Below, in pieces: positions 34,856 through 36,476 of a DNA stretch of 36,476 nucleotides (positions within the stretch are counted from its first letter, which is position 1; each line of letters begins with the position of its first letter). Made by a program: the position numbers and the translations under genes. The stretch lies in contig JBBTXM010000013.1 in the NCBI GenBank assembly GCA_038062255.1, positions 1 to 36,476 of the forward strand. Direction: 5' to 3'. The stretch comes from Patescibacteria group bacterium. GTDB taxonomy: Bacteria; Patescibacteriota; Minisyncoccia; UBA11713; 2-01-FULL-45-33. A model generated the notes under the pieces. The model worked only from the letters and a program-made list of their open reading frames with translations. It was not told the origin of the DNA and did no database searches.

Positions 34856-34886
34856 AAGCCCGCATAGTGCGCGGGCTTTTTCTTTT
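34856..34886 (+). terminator. Intrinsic terminator
   Basis: The stem AAGCCCGC pairs with GCGGGCTT around a 7-nt loop and is followed by TTTCTTTTC. Confidence 0.6.
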
Positions 34887-35054
34887 CAAAAAATGAGTTC
34901 GTATCTAGTTTCTTGGCTCCCCGGATGGGACGATTTTCCTTGTCCGCCGAAGCTGATAGCGAAGGTGGAGAACCATAAGATGGGAGGAGTTGTTTGAGTT
35001 TCCTGAAGCGAGTTCACAACAGATTAAACACTTGCTTAAAGTTTAAAGCACATT

Positions 35055-36275
35055 TTACCTTTCAAATTCAGTTGGATTTTTAAATTCCCAAGGGCCACTA
35101 CCACAGCTGATTGCTTCCCTTCCTTCAATTTTTAATGTTTCAGAGTCTTTTAGTTGAATGATGATTACTTTTTGCTCATACTTGTTATACGTATTTGAAG
35201 TTTCGTAACAATAAACATTTCCATCCGGTTTTACTTGAGAAAAATCAAGATTGATAAACCCCGACTGGGTTGGGGTAAAGTAATAAAGCCCCATTTCAAG
35301 ATTACTCTTTTGAGTTGAGTCTCCATTTGAAAAAGCCTGCAAAGACTGGTCAATGTGCGTCTGAACGAGAGCTAAATGTGGAGGCTCGTGGCCAGAGAAA
35401 GCCGTATCAATATTGGGAGCAAACCAATTGCCTTTGGCAGTACCTGGGATATCTTGGATCACTTTTCCGCACGTTGGTGATTTCGTAGAAGTATTTGAAT
35501 GACCAAACTCAGAAAAACCTCCAAGTTTTTCGTTAAGTTGTCCGGCAAGCGGTTCTTGAAAATAATCAAGAGGACAGACGTTATAAAGAAGTTCACTTCT
35601 AAATTGTCTTTTGGGACTGGCATAGTTATTAGGTTTTATGCGCAAGTCATATGCCCCAAGGTCAAGTATTGGTATTGGTGCTTGTTCACTACCGCCCGCG
35701 TAACCGATCAATTCTCCCTCAGAAACCCTAAGATTTACTTTTTTGTTGCACTTTTTCCAATCAACCGGTCCGTCTTTATAAGTGAGTGTGTATTCGTCAC
35801 AACGATCCACTTTTGCCTCGTCAAACGCCTTTTTTAATTTTGGCGTCAGGTCAATTACATGGTCAAAGTAAACTTTAAATTCGGAACAAAGTCCAAATAG
35901 AATCGCCGCGTCATCTATAATTTCAGGCCGGTTGGTAGCCTGAATGATATCTATTCGGACAATAGTCATGTTTGCCGGTGCGTATAATGGGGTCTTTTTT
36001 TCCATTCTGAAATATAGGTGCGGAGCCGGAAAAGTGTGCGCTGTTGGCGACAAAAGACCTCGTGGGTCTATTGTTGCAAAGCTGTCTAATGCGATTGGTA
36101 GTGTAGTAAAAAACTCCTTTTTATCTCCACAAGATGGGAGGTTAGCAATATCATCAAAATAATGGTCTTTCTGAACGCCGAGACGTTTTGTTATTAAAAA
36201 AGCACCGCCAGCACCCATGAGAACAATGGCGACAATAATTCCAATGAGTATATTTGAAAATCCTTTTTTATCCAT
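35055..36275 (-). CDS. Orphan membrane-anchored extracytoplasmic protein (406 aa)
   Basis: From the ATG at 36275 the product reads MDKKGFSNILIGIIVAIVLMGAGGAFLI (a signal anchor), followed by a 370-aa soluble body with several Cys. I recognise no family. Confidence 0.65.
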   Translation of the reverse strand: MDKKGFSNILIGIIVAIVLMGAGGAFLITKRLGVQKDHYFDDIANLPSCGDKKEFFTTLPIALDSFATIDPRGLLSPTAHTFPAPHLYFRMEKKTPLYAPANMTIVRIDIIQATNRPEIIDDAAILFGLCSEFKVYFDHVIDLTPKLKKAFDEAKVDRCDEYTLTYKDGPVDWKKCNKKVNLRVSEGELIGYAGGSEQAPIPILDLGAYDLRIKPNNYASPKRQFRSELLYNVCPLDYFQEPLAGQLNEKLGGFSEFGHSNTSTKSPTCGKVIQDIPGTAKGNWFAPNIDTAFSGHEPPHLALVQTHIDQSLQAFSNGDSTQKSNLEMGLYYFTPTQSGFINLDFSQVKPDGNVYCYETSNTYNKYEQKVIIIQLKDSETLKIEGREAISCGSGPWEFKNPTEFER

Positions 36276-36306
36276 GTTTATGACTTTGGCGGGAGAGATC
36301 AGGACA

Positions 36307-36476
36307 CTATCTAGCCGGAAAACCCTCGTTTTCGATCTTTTCAACTTCCTTGTCGGTAACAAACTCCCGCACATTCCATGGTGCAACACCACGCAAGTCA
36401 TAATCAGCCGGGTTAAGACCCGCTTCTCTAATCTTACTTTCAATAATTTGCCGTTCGACAAGTTTATATACATAAA
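36307..36476 (-). CDS. 3' end of an upstream gene (partial, runs off the window)
   Basis: In a frame different from the listed 472-aa ORF, the minus strand reads ..YVYKLVERQIIESKIREAGLNPADYDLRGVAPWNVREFVTDKEVEKIENEGFPAR and stops at TAG 36309-36307. This looks more protein-like than the listed N-terminal extension. Confidence 0.4.
   Translation of the reverse strand, partial: YVYKLVERQIIESKIREAGLNPADYDLRGVAPWNVREFVTDKEVEKIENEGFPAR

Noticed and set aside
34893-34997. A 34-codon plus-strand ORF (MSSYLVSWLPGWDDFPCPPKLIAKVENHKMGGVV) in the convergent gap after the zinc-finger gene.
   Set aside because: It has no ribosome-binding site and starts inside the terminator T-tract of the upstream gene. 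It also runs through the GC-rich repeat motif. The evidence for coding is insufficient, so I reported it only as part of the motif observation.
36276-36473. An N-terminal 66-codon extension of the listed 472-aa ORF.
   Set aside because: A TM signal anchor follows directly after the internal ATG at 36275. The upstream stretch looks non-protein-like, whereas a different frame of the same DNA gives a plausible C-terminus of an upstream gene ending at 36307.

Overview
This is a 36.5-kb, gene-dense, AT-rich bacterial chromosome segment that is almost entirely housekeeping. In order, it carries: mrdA (5'-partial), greA and lysS; a RelE/ParE-type toxin-antitoxin pair; a short dcw block (mraZ-rsmH-ftsL-ftsI-murF); tRNA-Glu(CUC); a minimal 2-TM K+ channel; a DUF192 protein; a cyclophilin; a VKOR-fusion membrane protein; RNase J; tRNA-Leu(CAG); a family-5 solute-binding protein; secG; a short uvrC; a ClpP-like protein; a zinc-ribbon membrane protein; uvrA; a small SD-led two-gene insert; groES/groEL with a CIRCE operator; lemA-htpX; tRNA-Ser(GGA); two COG2984-type binding proteins flanking an unlisted 39-codon zinc-ribbon ORF; a Cache/HAMP/PAS histidine kinase; dnaG-rpoD; an RRM RNA-binding protein; uppP; and a terminal block of orphan small Cys/His-rich proteins plus a membrane-anchored orphan. 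I found no rRNA, CRISPR array, transposase, integrase or recognisable defence gene. The repertoire (orphan binding proteins, a UvrC without its HhH tail, a truncated dcw cluster) suggests a small-genome uncultivated lineage such as CPR/Patescibacteria, but that is inference only. The items most worth a second look are: (1) a roughly 190-nt RNA between uvrC and secG, bounded by a promoter and a terminator, with a tRNA-like CCA-ending 3' domain and crossing long-range helices that fit neither a tRNA nor a canonical tmRNA; (2) a 102-bp GC-rich nested-palindrome element inserted in frame inside uvrC, with a solo 16-nt terminal copy 500 bp away; (3) a 10-bp-periodic GTGG[GA] array, which is also two abutting perfect DnaA-box 9-mers, upstream of mraZ; (4) a recurring TATAAT-N6-8-ATG leaderless signature on core genes, in contrast to strong Shine-Dalgarno sites on the orphan or island genes.
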